Source of the DNA: an uncultured Gemmatimonadaceae bacterium
GTDB lineage: Bacteria; Gemmatimonadota; Gemmatimonadetes; Gemmatimonadales; Gemmatimonadaceae
Length of the DNA: 64,000 nucleotides
NCBI GenBank assembly: GCA_963843845.1
Contig: CAWJMB010000001.1
Location: 96,001 to 160,000, forward strand
Direction: 5' to 3'
The notes under the pieces are model-generated. The model saw only the letters and a program-made list of their open reading frames with translations, was not told where the DNA came from and made no database searches. Both the position numbers and the translations under genes were made by a program. Below are positions 42,607 to 54,215 of this stretch, in pieces; the stretch's first letter is position 1; each line of letters begins with the position of its first letter.

Positions 42607-44217
42607 ATGCTCACCCGCCTGAGCCGCCTGCTCGTCCCGGCGCTCGCGTTAGGCACCTCGTCGGCCGTGGGGCAGCCGCCGCAGCCGCCGCAGCCGCCTC
42701 CGTACGACGTCGTCGTCCGCGGCGGACGGCTGCTCGACGGCGCGGGCAACCCCTGGGTACGCGCCGACGTCGGCGTGCGCGGCGACCGCGTCGTCACGAT
42801 CGGCGACCTGAGCGCCGCGCGCGCGGCACGCGTGATCGACGCGACGGGGCTCTACGTGTCGCCGGGCTTCATCGACGTACACTCCCACGCGGGGCCGTCG
42901 CTCGCCACGACGCCGCTCAGCGGCGCGGTGCCGATCCTGACCCAGGGCGTGACGACCGTCATGGTGAACCCCGACGGCGGCGGCGCGGTCGACCTCGTGA
43001 AACAGCGCGCGGCGCTCGAGGCGGCGCGGCCGGCGATCAACGTCGGGCTCATGGTCCCGCACGGGTCGGTGCGCGGCCAGGTGCTGGGCAACCGCGACGT
43101 GACGGCGGACGACGCGGCGCTGAACACGATGCGCGCGCTCGTCGACGCCGGGATGCGCGCCGGCGCGTTCGGGCTGTCGAGCGGGCCGTTCTACGCGCCC
43201 GGGAGCTTCTCGTCGACGGGCGAGCTCGTCGAACTCGCGAAGGTCGCGGCGAAGTACGGCGGCGTCTACACGAGCCACATCCGCGACGAGTCCGACTACA
43301 CCGTCGGGCTCTCCGCCGCCGTGAACGAGGTCATCACCGTCGCCCACGAGGCGCGGCTCCCCGGCATCGTCACGCACATCAAGGCGCTCGGCCCGCACGT
43401 CTGGGGGATGGCGAAGACGCTCGTCGCGCGCATCGACAGCGTGCGCGCGGCGGGCGACCAGCTGTTCGTCGATCAGTACCCGTACGAGGCGTCGGGGACT
43501 GGGCTCATCCCGTCGCTCTTCCCGCGCTGGGTCGAGGTCGGCGGGCGCGACGCGATGCGCGCGCGCCTCGCCGACCCGGCCCTCCGCGACCAGCTCCGCA
43601 AGGAGATCGGCGAGAACCTCGAGCGGCGCGGCGGCGCGGCGCGGCTCCAGTTCCAGAGCTACGCGCCCGACCACACGATCGAGGGATCGACGCTGCAGAC
43701 GGTCGCCGACGAGATGCACCTCAAGCCGGTCGACGCCGCGATCGCGCTCGCGATGAAGGGTGACGCCGGCATCACGTCGTTCAACATGGACTCGACCGAC
43801 ATCGCGACGTTCATGCGGCAGCCGTGGACGATGACGGCGTCGGACGGCGCGCTCGTCGCGATGGGCGACGGTGTGCCCCACCCGCGCGCCTACGGCACGT
43901 TCCCGCGCAAGCTCCGGAAGTACGTGCTCGACGAGCACACGGTAGGGCTCGAGGACGCGATCCGCAGCATGACGAGTCTTCCCGCCGCCGTGTTCAACGT
44001 CGCCGACCGGGGCACGCTGCGTCCCGGCGCCTACGCCGACGTCGCCGTGTTCGATCTGTCGAAGATCCGCGACCGGGCCACGTACTCCACGCCGCACCAG
44101 CTCTCCGAAGGGGTCGTCGCCGTGCTCGTCAACGGCGTCGTCGCACTCGACAACGGCCGGGCGACCGACGCGCGCGGCGGACGCGTGCTGTCGCGCCGCC
44201 AGCCGACGATGCAGTAA
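42607..44217 (+). CDS. secreted N-acyl-D-amino-acid deacylase (amidohydrolase)
   Basis: PGFIDVHSH, QGVTT, GLSSG..Y.PG, Y.SHIRDE, HIK, DQYPY.A, ASDG, PHPR.YGTFPR. Confidence 0.92.
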   Translation: MLTRLSRLLVPALALGTSSAVGQPPQPPQPPPYDVVVRGGRLLDGAGNPWVRADVGVRGDRVVTIGDLSAARAARVIDATGLYVSPGFIDVHSHAGPSLATTPLSGAVPILTQGVTTVMVNPDGGGAVDLVKQRAALEAARPAINVGLMVPHGSVRGQVLGNRDVTADDAALNTMRALVDAGMRAGAFGLSSGPFYAPGSFSSTGELVELAKVAAKYGGVYTSHIRDESDYTVGLSAAVNEVITVAHEARLPGIVTHIKALGPHVWGMAKTLVARIDSVRAAGDQLFVDQYPYEASGTGLIPSLFPRWVEVGGRDAMRARLADPALRDQLRKEIGENLERRGGAARLQFQSYAPDHTIEGSTLQTVADEMHLKPVDAAIALAMKGDAGITSFNMDSTDIATFMRQPWTMTASDGALVAMGDGVPHPRAYGTFPRKLRKYVLDEHTVGLEDAIRSMTSLPAAVFNVADRGTLRPGAYADVAVFDLSKIRDRATYSTPHQLSEGVVAVLVNGVVALDNGRATDARGGRVLSRRQPTMQ

Positions 44218-44227
44218 CGAGAGGGGC

Positions 44228-46443
44228 ATGCGCTCATCACTCGCGTCGACGCGCCGTTCGCTCGCGACGCTCGCGACGCTCGCCGTGGTGCCGGTCGCCG
44301 CCACCTCGTCGTCGCGCACGCCGCCGCGTGGCGCTCCCGGCCCGCCGCCCGCGCTCGCGTCGCAGGTCGAGGTGCTCCGGACGGCGCACGGCGTTCCGCA
44401 CATCCGCGCGCAGAATCTCGAAGCGGCCGGCTACGCGCTCGGCTACGTCATGAGCGAGGACTACGGGTCGCGCGTGGCGCTGAACCTCCTGCGCGGGCGC
44501 GGCGAGAGCGCGCGCTGGTTCGGCCGCGACAGCCTCGACGGCGATTTCGACAACCGCCTGTCGTACGCGCGCGCCGTCGCCGGCTGGCCGACGCTCGACG
44601 ACGACACGCGCGCGGTCTACGCCGGCTTCGCCGCCGGCGTGACGCGGTGGGCCGAGCTGCACCCGGAGAGTCTCCCCGACGGGTTCGACGTTCGCTTCAC
44701 CGGGTACGATGCCCTGGCCGCCGAGGTCGACGTCGCCGGGCCGGCGCAGGCGACACGATTCCTCGCGCGTCTCGATCCCGATGCTCGCCGTCGTGCGGCG
44801 GCCGGCGCGCCGCGGGAAGGGGAGGCGTCTCGGGTGGACGACGCCCCGCCGATCCGCGAGAGCTCGGACGCGATCGAAGGCTCGAACGCGTGGGCCATCG
44901 CCCCGAGTCGCACGAAGTCCCGGCGGGCGATCCTCCTGCGCAATCCGCACCTGCAGTGGAGCGCGGGCTACTACGAGGCACACATGACGGTGCCGGGCGT
45001 CGTCGATTTCTACGGCGATTTCCGCGTCGGCACCGCGTTCGCCGTCGTCGGCGGGTTCAACCGCGACCTCGGCTTCGCGACGACGAACAACGATCCGCTG
45101 CTCGCGCAGATCTACGCGCTCGACGCGGATTCGTCGCGCGACGATCACTATCTGCTCGATGGTGCGTCGCTCCCGCTGGAGCGCGTGACCGTGAAGGCCG
45201 AGTACCGGAATGGCGCCGGCTACGCCGCCGAGACGCAAGAGCGGCTGCGCACGTCGCTGGGCCCGGTCGTCGCGCGGGCGAACGGCAAGATCTACGTCCT
45301 CCGCACCGCGGGCGACGGCGAGGTGCGCGGGGGCAGCAGTTCCTGCGCATGATGCGCGCGACCTCGCTCGCCGAGTGGAAGGACGCGATGCGGATGCGCG
45401 CGCGAGTGACCTCGAACTTCACGTACGCCGACCGCGCGGGCAACATCTACTACGTGTGGAACGGATCGGTGCCCGTGCTGCCGACGCCGAGCGGCGGCGA
45501 CAGCGTCGCCGTGCCGGTGACGCGCACGTCGGAGGTGTGGACGCGCTACGTGCCGTTCGACTCGCTGCCGCAGGTGCTCAACCCGAAGGCCGGGTACGTC
45601 CACAACGAGAACGACCCGCCGTACTACACGGTCCCGACCGATCCGCTCGACCGCTCGCGCTACCCCGCCTACCTCTCCGAGCCGCGCTTCGGGCTTCGCT
45701 CGCAGCATGCGGTCGCGCTGCTCGATCGGATGCGCAACGTCACGCTCGAGGACGTCGTGACGCGGAAGCACTCGTATCGCATGCTGCTCGCCGAGCGCGT
45801 GCGCGGCGACCTGATCACCGCGGTGCGCGCGTCGCATCCGGCGCCGGACGTGTCGGGCGCGATCGACGTCGTCGCGAGGTGGGATGGCACCGTCGCACCC
45901 GAGAGTCGGGGCGGCGTGCTGTTCGAGACGTGGTGGCGCCGCTATGTGGCCGGCGCGCGCGCCGACACGATGTACGCGGAGGGGTGGAACGCTGCGACCC
46001 CGACGACCACGCCGCGCGGACTCCGCCACGCGCCGCGCGCCGTCGACGCGTTCGCGTGGGCGGTGAGCGAGGTCACGCGCCGCTGGGGCGCCCCCGACGT
46101 CGCGTGGGGCGACGTGCACCGCGTGCGCCGCGGATCGGTCGACGTGCCGGTCGGCGGCTGCACCGGAGACATCGGCTGCTTCCGCGTGTTGCAGTACCGC
46201 GACGACCCGGACGGCCGGCGGCGCGTCGTCGGCGGTGACGGGTGGGTGCTCGCCGTCGAGTTCGGCGACCAGCCCCGCGCGTACTCGGTGCTCGCGTACG
46301 GTGAGAGCGCGCTCGACGCGTCGCCGTTCCACGCCGACCAGGCGGCGATGTTCGCACGCGGCGAGTTGAAGCCGGTCGCCTGGCTCGCGAAGGATGTGGA
46401 CGCGACGACGCTGAGGCGCTACCGCCCCGGCGCGGAGCGTTAG
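44228..46443 (+). CDS. penicillin/AHL acylase family Ntn hydrolase (S45), frameshift at the G-run 45329-45333
   Basis: GVPHI.A, beta-chain start GSNAWAIAP..T....ILL.NPHL.W, NFTYAD..GNI.Y, NP..GYV.N.N, SPF..DQ. Confidence 0.92.
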
Positions 46444-46447
46444 GCGC

Positions 46448-47730
46448 GTGACGACGACGCTCTCGACGCCGGACGCGGCGGACGCCGGCCTCTTCGGGTG
46501 GTGGCGCGCCGGCGACGACGACGCACGCCGCGCGCTGTCGCCGCCGCCGCCGGCTGGGCGCTCGACGCGTTCGACGTGATGCTCTTCTCGCTCACCCTCG
46601 CCGCCGTCATCGCGGACCTCGGCCTCACGAAGGCGCAGGCCGGCGCGCTCGGCTCGATCACGCTGCTCGGCGGTGCGGTGGGCGGCCTGATCTTCGGCCA
46701 CGTCGCGGACCGCTTCGGCCGCACGCGCGCGATGATCGCGAGCATGCTGCTCTACTCGGTCTTCACGGCAGCGTGCGGGCTGTCGCAGATCGCTGACGCA
46801 GTTCGCCGTCTTCCGCGTGCTGCTCGGGCTCGGCATGGGCGGCGAGTGGGCGAGCGGCGCCGCGCTCGTGGCCGAGACGTGGCCGGCGAAGCACCGCGGG
46901 CGCGCGCTCGGCTTCATGCAGAGCGCGTGGGCGATCGGCTTCGCGGCGGCGGCGATCGTCGTCGGCGTCGTGCTGCCGCGTTACGGATGGCGCGCGGTGT
47001 TCTTCGTCGGGGTCGCTGCCGGCGTTCTTCACGCTCTGGATCCGGCGCAACGTGCGACGAGCCGGCGGTGTGGCTCGCCCGCCGCGCGGTGCCGAACGAT
47101 CGCGCGCCGCGCCGCCACACGCGCGCTTCGCCGACATGTTCCGCGGTCGCACGCTGCGACTCACGGCGGCGATCACGTTCATGAACGCGTGTGCGCTGTT
47201 CGCGTGGTGGGGGCTGAACTCGTGGGTGCCGGCCTATCTGTCGCTGCCGCCGGCGCAGGGCGGCGTCGGGCTCGCGACCGAGACGATGTCGTGGTTCGTC
47301 GTCGCGATGCAGGTCGGCATGTGGCTCGGCTACGTGACGTTCGGATACATCGGCGACGCGTTCGGCCGCAAGCGCGTGTACGTCACCTACCTCCTCGTCG
47401 CGGCAGTGCTGCTCCCGCTCTACGGCGCGGTGACGCGGCCGGCGATCCTGCTGCTGCTCGGCCCCTTCGTCGCGTTCTTCGGCACCGGGTACTTCAGCGG
47501 CTTCGGCGCGGTGACGGCGGAGATCTATCCGACGGCGATCCGCGCGACGGCGCAGGGGTTCACCTACAACGTCGGGCCGCGTCGCGAGCGCGGCGGCGCC
47601 GTTCACGATCGGGACGCTGGCCGCATCGCACGGCTTCGCGACGGCGTTCGCGCTCTCGGGGGCAGTGTTCCTGCTCGGCGCGCTGGCGTGGGTGGCGATT
47701 CCGGAGACCGCGGGGCGAGAGCTGAGTTGA
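46448..47730 (+). CDS. MFS transporter, frameshifted
   Basis: GWALDAFD, G..ADRFGR, LGLGMGGEW..G..LV.E.WP...RGR, D.FGRK, E..PT..RAT..G..YN, PET.G. Confidence 0.9.
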
Positions 47731-47772
47731 CCGGCCTGGCTGACGGCGGGACTCACGGCCGACCGGCGAGGC

Positions 47773-49197
47773 TCACGGCGATGGGGCAGGGCTGAACGGG
47801 CGGTACGCGGCTGACGAGGCGGAACGCGCTTCCGGCCGCGGAACGCACGGCACCTGCGGAACGCCCGGGGAGACGCGGGACACGAGCTGCGGGCTGTCGG
47901 TCACCCGTTCGGAGAGCACGACACTCCCCGAGATCACGTCGCCCCCCGACAGCTCGTCGAGGCCTCCGCCGTGATACGCGTCCTCGCCGTGCTCGCTCGC
48001 ATCGAGCCCCGCGAGCTCGTCGGCGAGCGACACGCGCAGCCCGACCGTCACGCGCACCGCCGTCAGAATCGTCGCTGTCGCTGCCCCGCTGAAGCAGACC
48101 GTCGCGACCACCGCGATGAGCTGCGTCCCGACGAGCCCCGCGTGCCCGGCGAGCAGCCCGTCCGCGCCCGCGGCATTCACGGTTCGCGTCGCGAACACGC
48201 CTGTGAGCACCGCGCCGACGATTCCCGCCACCCCGTGACACGCGAAGACGTCGAGCGCGTCGTCGATCTTCACGCGCGTCCGGAGTTGGATCGCGCCGTA
48301 GCTCGCACCGGCCGCGAGCGCGCCGATCGCGATCGCCGAGGCCGGCGTGACGAAGCCCGCTGCGGGCGTGATGGCGACGAGCCCGACCACCGCTCCCGTC
48401 GCGACGCCGACCGCCGTCACGCGACGCGTGCGCCACAGGTCGAGCAGCATCCACGCCGTCATCGCTGCCGCCCCCGCCGTGTGCGTCGTCGCGAACGCAT
48501 TCGCCGCGACCTCGTTCGCGCCTAACGCCGAGCCCGCGTTGAAGCCGAACCAGCCGAACCAGAGCAGCCCCGCGCCGACGAGTGAGAAGGGCACGTTGTG
48601 CGGCACGAGCGCCGCTCGGCCGAGGTCGCGCCGGCGGCCCAACATCGCCGCCGCGACGAGCGCCGAGGTGCCGGCGCTGATGTGGACGACCGTCCCGCCG
48701 GCGAAGTCGAGCGCGCCCAACGCGCGCAGCCAGCCGTCGGTCGACCACACCCAGCGCGCGAGCGGGTCGTAGACGAACGTCGTCCACAGCACGGCGAGCA
48801 GCAGATACGCCGGGAAGCGGAGCCGCTCGACGACGGCACCCGAGATGAGGGCGACGGTGATTCCGGCGAACATCGCCTGGAACAGCGCGAAGAGCAGGTG
48901 CGGGATCGTCGCCGCGTACGTCGCGTTCGGCGCGACGCCGACGCCCGACAGCCCCCACCACGACAGCCCGCCGAAGAACGCGTTCCCCGGGCCGAACGCG
49001 ATCGAATAGCCGACCAGCACCCACTGCAGCGACACGACGCCGAGCGCGGCGAGACTCATGACGAACGTGTTCAGCGCGTGCTTGCCGCGCACCAGTCCGC
49101 CGTAGAACAGCGCGAGTCCCGGCACCATGAGCATGACGAGGGCGGTCGAGACGAGCACCCACGCCGTGTCTCCCGCGGAGAGCACGGCCGCGTTCAT
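47773..49197 (-). CDS. amtB: ammonium transporter
   Basis: PGLALFYGG, FQ.MFA.IT.ALISGA..ER, DFAGGTVVHISAG, LLWFGWFGFNAGS, IDDALDVF.CHG. Confidence 0.97.
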   Translation of the reverse strand: MNAAVLSAGDTAWVLVSTALVMLMVPGLALFYGGLVRGKHALNTFVMSLAALGVVSLQWVLVGYSIAFGPGNAFFGGLSWWGLSGVGVAPNATYAATIPHLLFALFQAMFAGITVALISGAVVERLRFPAYLLLAVLWTTFVYDPLARWVWSTDGWLRALGALDFAGGTVVHISAGTSALVAAAMLGRRRDLGRAALVPHNVPFSLVGAGLLWFGWFGFNAGSALGANEVAANAFATTHTAGAAAMTAWMLLDLWRTRRVTAVGVATGAVVGLVAITPAAGFVTPASAIAIGALAAGASYGAIQLRTRVKIDDALDVFACHGVAGIVGAVLTGVFATRTVNAAGADGLLAGHAGLVGTQLIAVVATVCFSGAATATILTAVRVTVGLRVSLADELAGLDASEHGEDAYHGGGLDELSGGDVISGSVVLSERVTDSPQLVSRVSPGVPQVPCVPRPEARSASSAAYRPFSPAPSP

Positions 49198-49607
49198 CCG
49201 GCCGTCTCCACCGCGTGGATGGGGAACAGGTCGGTCGCTCGGCGCTGGACCTCGCTGGCCGTGACCGGCGTCAACGCCTCGACGTCGCGCTCCCCCGTTC
49301 GGATGCGGATGACCTCGTGGATCGGCTGCACGAAGATCTTGCCGTCGCCGACGTCGCCCGTGCGCGCGGCCGACAGGATCGCCTGGATGCACGGCTCGAC
49401 GAACGGTTCCGAGCACGCCATCTCGATCTTGACCTTGTCGCGGAACTCGAGCACGAGCGACGAGCCACGGTAGTGCTCGACGACCTCGCGCTCGCCGCCG
49501 TGCCCGCTCACGCGGGAGAGGGTCATGCCCGTCACGCCGGCACGGAACAGCGCCTCTTTCACGGCGCGGAGGCGTTCGGGGCGGACGACGGCAGTGATGA
49601 GCTTCAT
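49194..49607 (-). CDS. glnK: P-II nitrogen regulatory protein
   Basis: MKLITAVVRP, T-loop EHYRG, ARTGDVGDGKIFV, IRIRTGE. ATGA overlap with amtB. Confidence 0.95.
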   Translation of the reverse strand: MKLITAVVRPERLRAVKEALFRAGVTGMTLSRVSGHGGEREVVEHYRGSSLVLEFRDKVKIEMACSEPFVEPCIQAILSAARTGDVGDGKIFVQPIHEVIRIRTGERDVEALTPVTASEVQRRATDLFPIHAVETAG

Positions 49608-49902
49608 GAATGACATCCGGGAGGAGGGAGCACGCTCCCGAGACTACGCGTCAGATCCGGACGTGTCAACGAAAATTCGCGAGCTTTGCACATATCGAGC
49701 GACATTCTGTCAGAAATCCGCCGGAAATGCGCGATGCGTGTACGGATCAGTGCGAAATCTGCACGAATGCCCACGCGCGCTGGAACGGTTTCCCTCCGTG
49801 CGGTCGCCTGCGGGCGGGCGCACGACCCCCGATCCTCGCTCGTTCGCCGAACGACGTGGACGCGGTGAAGTCCCGGTGCCGCCGGGTCCACCGCGACGGC
49901 CG

Positions 49903-50196
49903 CTACCGCGAGACCGTCGAGTCGGTGCCGATGGGCGTCGCGGCCGGCGGGCGCGTCGCCGCGAGCAACTGACGCACGAGCAGGGTGGCGCGCTCGGCCG
50001 CCGCGGCGGCGGCGGCGAGGTCGCGCGCGGCGGGGTGCGACGCGTCGAGCTCGGCGCGCGCGAAGTCGACGTTCCCGGCGATCACCGTCAACAGGTTGTT
50101 GAAGTCGTGCGCGATCCGCCCGACGCGGTCCCGCAGCTCGGCGAGCGCGTCGGGCGCCGGCTCGGGCACCTCGGGGGGCGTCGACGGCTGCGTCAC
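49903..50196 (-). CDS. stand-alone HisKA/DHp domain protein (97 aa)
   Basis: GRIAHDFNNLLTVI.GN...AERA..L.RQLLA with no ATPase domain. GTG at 50196 overlaps the gspG TGA. Confidence 0.7.
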   Translation of the reverse strand: MTQPSTPPEVPEPAPDALAELRDRVGRIAHDFNNLLTVIAGNVDFARAELDASHPAARDLAAAAAAAERATLLVRQLLAATRPPAATPIGTDSTVSR

Positions 50197-50699
50197 CGTC
50201 CCGGCGCGTTCTCCCACGCGCGGAGGTCGGCGTCCTCACCGTCGCCGCCGGGGCGGCCGTCGCGCCCGTAGCTCTGCAAGTCGTAGCCGCTCGGATTCGC
50301 CGAGCCGGGCGAGGCGTAGCGGTAGGGGTGCCCCCACGGGTCGGTCGGCACCGCCTTGCGCAGATACGGCCCTCGCCACGTCGACGCGCCGGCCGGCGCC
50401 GTCCACAGCGCCTCGAGCCCGTCGGCGGTCGACGGATAGCCCCCAGTGTCCAGCCGGTACGAGTCGAGCGCGGTGCCGAGCATCTCCATCTGCGCCCGGG
50501 CCGCCGCGTCTTTCGCGACGCCGACGTTGCGGAAGATGTTCGGCGCGACCAGGGCGGCGAGGATCGCGATCACGACCACGACGACGAGGATCTCGAGCAG
50601 CGTGAAGCCGCGACGCCGGCGTGCGTCGAGATCGGACGCGACTCCGCGTCGTCGGCGCACCGTGCCGCCAAGCTGCTCCGCGACTGCGAACGCCGACAT
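50193..50699 (-). CDS. gspG: type II secretion major pseudopilin
   Basis: RRRG/FTLLE prepilin site, LD.YRLD.G.YP...GL.AL, W.GPYL...VP.DPWG.PY.Y..PG, S.G.DG..GG.GE.AD. Confidence 0.93.
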   Translation of the reverse strand: MSAFAVAEQLGGTVRRRRGVASDLDARRRRGFTLLEILVVVVVIAILAALVAPNIFRNVGVAKDAAARAQMEMLGTALDSYRLDTGGYPSTADGLEALWTAPAGASTWRGPYLRKAVPTDPWGHPYRYASPGSANPSGYDLQSYGRDGRPGGDGEDADLRAWENAPGR

Positions 50700-50876
50700 G
50701 CGATCTCCCACCGAATGACACGCCAAACATACGCGGACGGCGTCGATGCACCAATGCGCATCGCGCGCACGCCGCGCCGCAAGGGTCAGCGAACCGCTTC
50801 ACCGGCGCGTATGCCGGATGCGACCCGACCGGCGTCCCGGACGGCGGAGCGTCTTTCCCCCCACCAGCGAGGCCGC

Positions 50877-53800
50877 ATGCGGCGCTCTTCCCAGCGCACC
50901 CTCTGCATCGCACTGCTCGGCGCCGCATCGGCGTTAGGCGCACAGCCAGCGAGTCAGACGACACAGGCGATCGACCAGGAGTACACGGCGAAGATCAAGG
51001 AGTACCTGCCAGGATCCGCGCATCTCGACCGAGCTCGTCGACCACCTGCCCGCGTCGGCGACCGTGCCGACGCCGCTCAAGTTCCTCGGCACGCATCGTC
51101 GGCACGCCGGGCGAGCTGACGTACGCGAAGGACATCCATCGCTACTTCGAGGCGCGTCGCCGACGCCGCGCCGGCGCGCGCGAAGGTCTGGACGATCGGC
51201 AAGACGCGAAGAAGGGCGCGACATGGTCGTCGCTCGCGATCGCCGACGAGGCGACGATCGCGCGAGCTCGACAAGTACAAGGGCTATGCTCAACGCAGCT
51301 CACCGACCCGCGCAAGACGACCGAGGCGCAGGCGCAGCAGCTGATCAAGCACGGCGAAGCCGATCTACTGGCTGACGAGCGGCATGCACTCGCCCGAGAC
51401 CGGCGGCCCGGAGATGCTGCATGGAGCTGGCGTACCGGCTGGTGGTCGAGGAGACGCCGTTCATCCAGAACATCCGCAACAACGTCATCACGTTCATCAC
51501 GCCGGTGCATCGAAGTCGACGGCCGCGAGAAGATGGTCGACACGTACTACTTCAACAAGAAGCGCGCCGCGGGCGACGCCGCGGCTGCCGCTGATGTACT
51601 GGGGCAAGTACGTCGCAGCACGACAACAACCGCGACGGCATGGGGCAGTTCCTCGAGCTGACGCAAGGACGGTCGACGCAGACGTCCTGCGAGTGGACGC
51701 CGACCGTGCATGCACGACCTGCACGAGGCGCAGACGTACCTCTACTCGTCGACCGGCACGGGCCCGTACAACGAGCGCTCGACCCGATCACCGTCAACGA
51801 GTGGTGGCTGCTGGCGCAGAACGACGTGATGGAGATGACGAAGCGCGGCGTGCCTGGCGTGTGGACCTACGGCTTCTACGACGGCTGGGTGCCGAACTAC
51901 ATGTTCTTCATCGCGCACTCGCACAACGCGATCGGCCGCTTCTACGAGGTGCAGAGCTACGGTCCGGATCAACGTACGAACGTGACGCCCGGCGCGACGA
52001 CGACGAGCAAGGAGTGGTTCCGCCCGAACCCGCCGCTGCCGACTCGATCAAGTGGGGCCCGCGCAACAACACGAACATCCAGCAGTCGGCGGTGCTCTAT
52101 CTCGCTGAGCCACGTCGCGAAGAACCGCGAGCACGTACCTCGAGAACTACTGGCTCAAGAACAAGCGCGCGGTCGACGAAGGGCGACGAACGGGCCGATC
52201 GACGGCTGGGTGATCCCGGCCGGCCAGCACGCGCAAGGCGAACGCGGCCGAGGCGGTGAACGAGCTGCGGACGCAGGGGCTCGAGGTTCACACGCGCGAC
52301 GAGCGCGTTCAAGGCCGGCAGACGTCGACGTGAAGCCGGGCGACTACATCATCCGCGGCGACCAGCCGTACCGCACGATCGCCGACATGTACTTCTCGCT
52401 CCAGAACTATCACGCCGAGCAACCCGTCGCCGTACGACGACACCGGCTGGACGTTCCAGCTGATGCGCAACATCACGGTCACCGCCGGTGACCGACAAGC
52501 GTCGATCCTCGATCAGCCGATGACGCTCGATCGACGCGCCGACGTCGACGGCGGCGGGCGGCATCGCCGGCACGGGCGCACGTGTCGTCGTCGAGCACAC
52601 CGAGCGACAACAACCTCGTCACGTTCCGCTTCAAGAACGCCGCGCGTGAAGATGCAGGCGGCGGAGGAGGAGTTCGAGGCGGCCGGCCACCAGCTTCAGC
52701 GCCGGGCGCGATCATCATCGCGCGGCGCGAACCGCGCGCAGCTCGAGCCGGAGCTCAAGGAGCTCGGCCTGTCGGCGTGGGCCGTCGACCGGCGCGCCGA
52801 CGGTGAAGACGCACGACCTCGACATCCCGCGCATCGGCTACGTGCACAGCTGGACGCGCACGCAGGACGAGGGCTGGGTGCGCGCCGCGTTCGACACGTA
52901 CGGCGTGCCGTACACCTACTTCGGCGAGGACGCGGCTGAAGGCGGGCAACCTGCGCGCGAAGTACGACGTGATCATCTTCCCGCACGGGCGGCACCGGGC
53001 TCGCGGGCGGCGGTGGCGGCGGCGGCGGCGGCGGAGCGGGCGCCGCCTCGCCGGCGACACCAGCCGATTCCGTACCGGCGCACCGCGGAGTACCCGTCGC
53101 TCGGCTATCCCGGACTCGACGGACGACATCCGCGGCGGCGTCGGCGCGGACGGGCTCAAGACGCTGTACGAGTTCGTGCAGCGAGGGCGGCACGCTCATC
53201 ACCGAGGGCGAACACGGCGCAGATCTTCCCCGACCTGAACCTCACGCCCGGCGTGACGGTCGAGCGGGCGAACGGCCTGTTCGCGCGCGGCACGATCCTC
53301 CGCGGCGTCATCGCCGACCGGACGAGCCCGCTCGTCTACGGCTATCGTACGGCGAGCTGCCGGTGTACTTCAGCCAGACGCCGGTGCTCAACGCGAGCGA
53401 CCTCCGCCGCCGTGCAGATCGCCGGCGCGGCGACGCCGCGGCGGGCGAGCCGGCTCGATCGCGCAGAACACGACGCCGATGGCGTTCCCCCTCAAGCTCT
53501 CGCCGTGGGACCCGGCGAAAACGGGCACGGCGTACGGCACCGTGGCCCCGGCAACAACGCGAATCGCACGGCCGGCGGCGCGGGTGGCGGCGCCGGGGGC
53601 GGCGTCGGCGGCGGCGGGTTCGGCGGCGGGCCGGGCGGGGGCGGTGGCGCCGCGGCGCAGGAGCTCGGCCTCACGGTCGAAGCGAACGCGAAGCCGCGCG
53701 TCGTCATGCAGTTCCCGGCGAGGGCGGAAGAGATGCTGCTCTCCGGCACGCTCGAGAACGGCCAGCTGCTCGCGAATCGCGCGCAGCTCGTCGACGAGCC

Positions 53801-53969
53801 GATCGGAAAGGGACACCTCGTGATGTTCGCGATCCGGCCGTTCTGGCGGTGGCAGACGCAGGGCAACTACGCGCTCGGTTTCAACGCGATCATGAACTGG
53901 AATGATCTCGACGCCGGGTCCGGAGCGGCCGGCGCCGCGACGCGCGTGTCGAAAGACGGAACGCCGTAG
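50877..53969 (+). CDS. secreted M14 zinc carboxypeptidase-like protein, heavily frameshifted
   Basis: Signal peptide, MHSPETG.PE, EVDGRE, HDNNRD, HDLHE, FYDGW.PNY, DEGW.R..FD and IRPFWRWQTQG in successive frames. Confidence 0.82.
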
Positions 53970-54106
53970 CCGGGGGGCTCCCTGACGGCGTCGACGGTCC
54001 GGCGGGGGCGGTCGGCGGTTCCCCTACGGCGTACCCGCGCGGGCGAGACGGCGCTCGCGGTGACGCGACGTCGGTACGGCGCGGGATTCGGATGAGTGAA
54101 GATCGG

Positions 54107-54143
54107 CATGACCTGGCGGCTCACGACCGAGCGCCGGGTCATG
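54107..54143. terminator. GC hairpin between convergent genes
   Basis: CATGACCTGGCGGCTC...GAGCGCCGGGTCATG, no clear U-tract. Confidence 0.4.
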
Positions 54144-54162
54144 TTCGTCCGTTCCGATTCCT

Positions 54163-54204
54163 CCGCCTCACCCCCCCCGCCTCACCGCCCCCGCCTCACC
54201 GCCC
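54163..54204. repeat. 3 x 14-bp tandem repeat
   Basis: CCGCCTCACC cores at 54163, 54177 and 54191. Confidence 0.75.
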
Positions 54205-54215
54205 CGCCACGCGTG

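Noticed and set aside
38946..43763. 1605-aa plus-strand ORF (and similar long ORFs such as 11182..15501 -, 1537..3318 -, 4432..6762 +)
   Set aside because: Arg/Ala-rich shadow frames of well-supported genes, expected in very GC-rich DNA, with no motifs.
49620..49800. NtrC or sigma-54 sites upstream of glnK
   Set aside because: Only partial TGCAC half-sites and a short TTCTG-T-CAGAA palindrome; no properly spaced consensus.
50193..50699. Complete type II secretion system
   Set aside because: Only gspG is present in the window.
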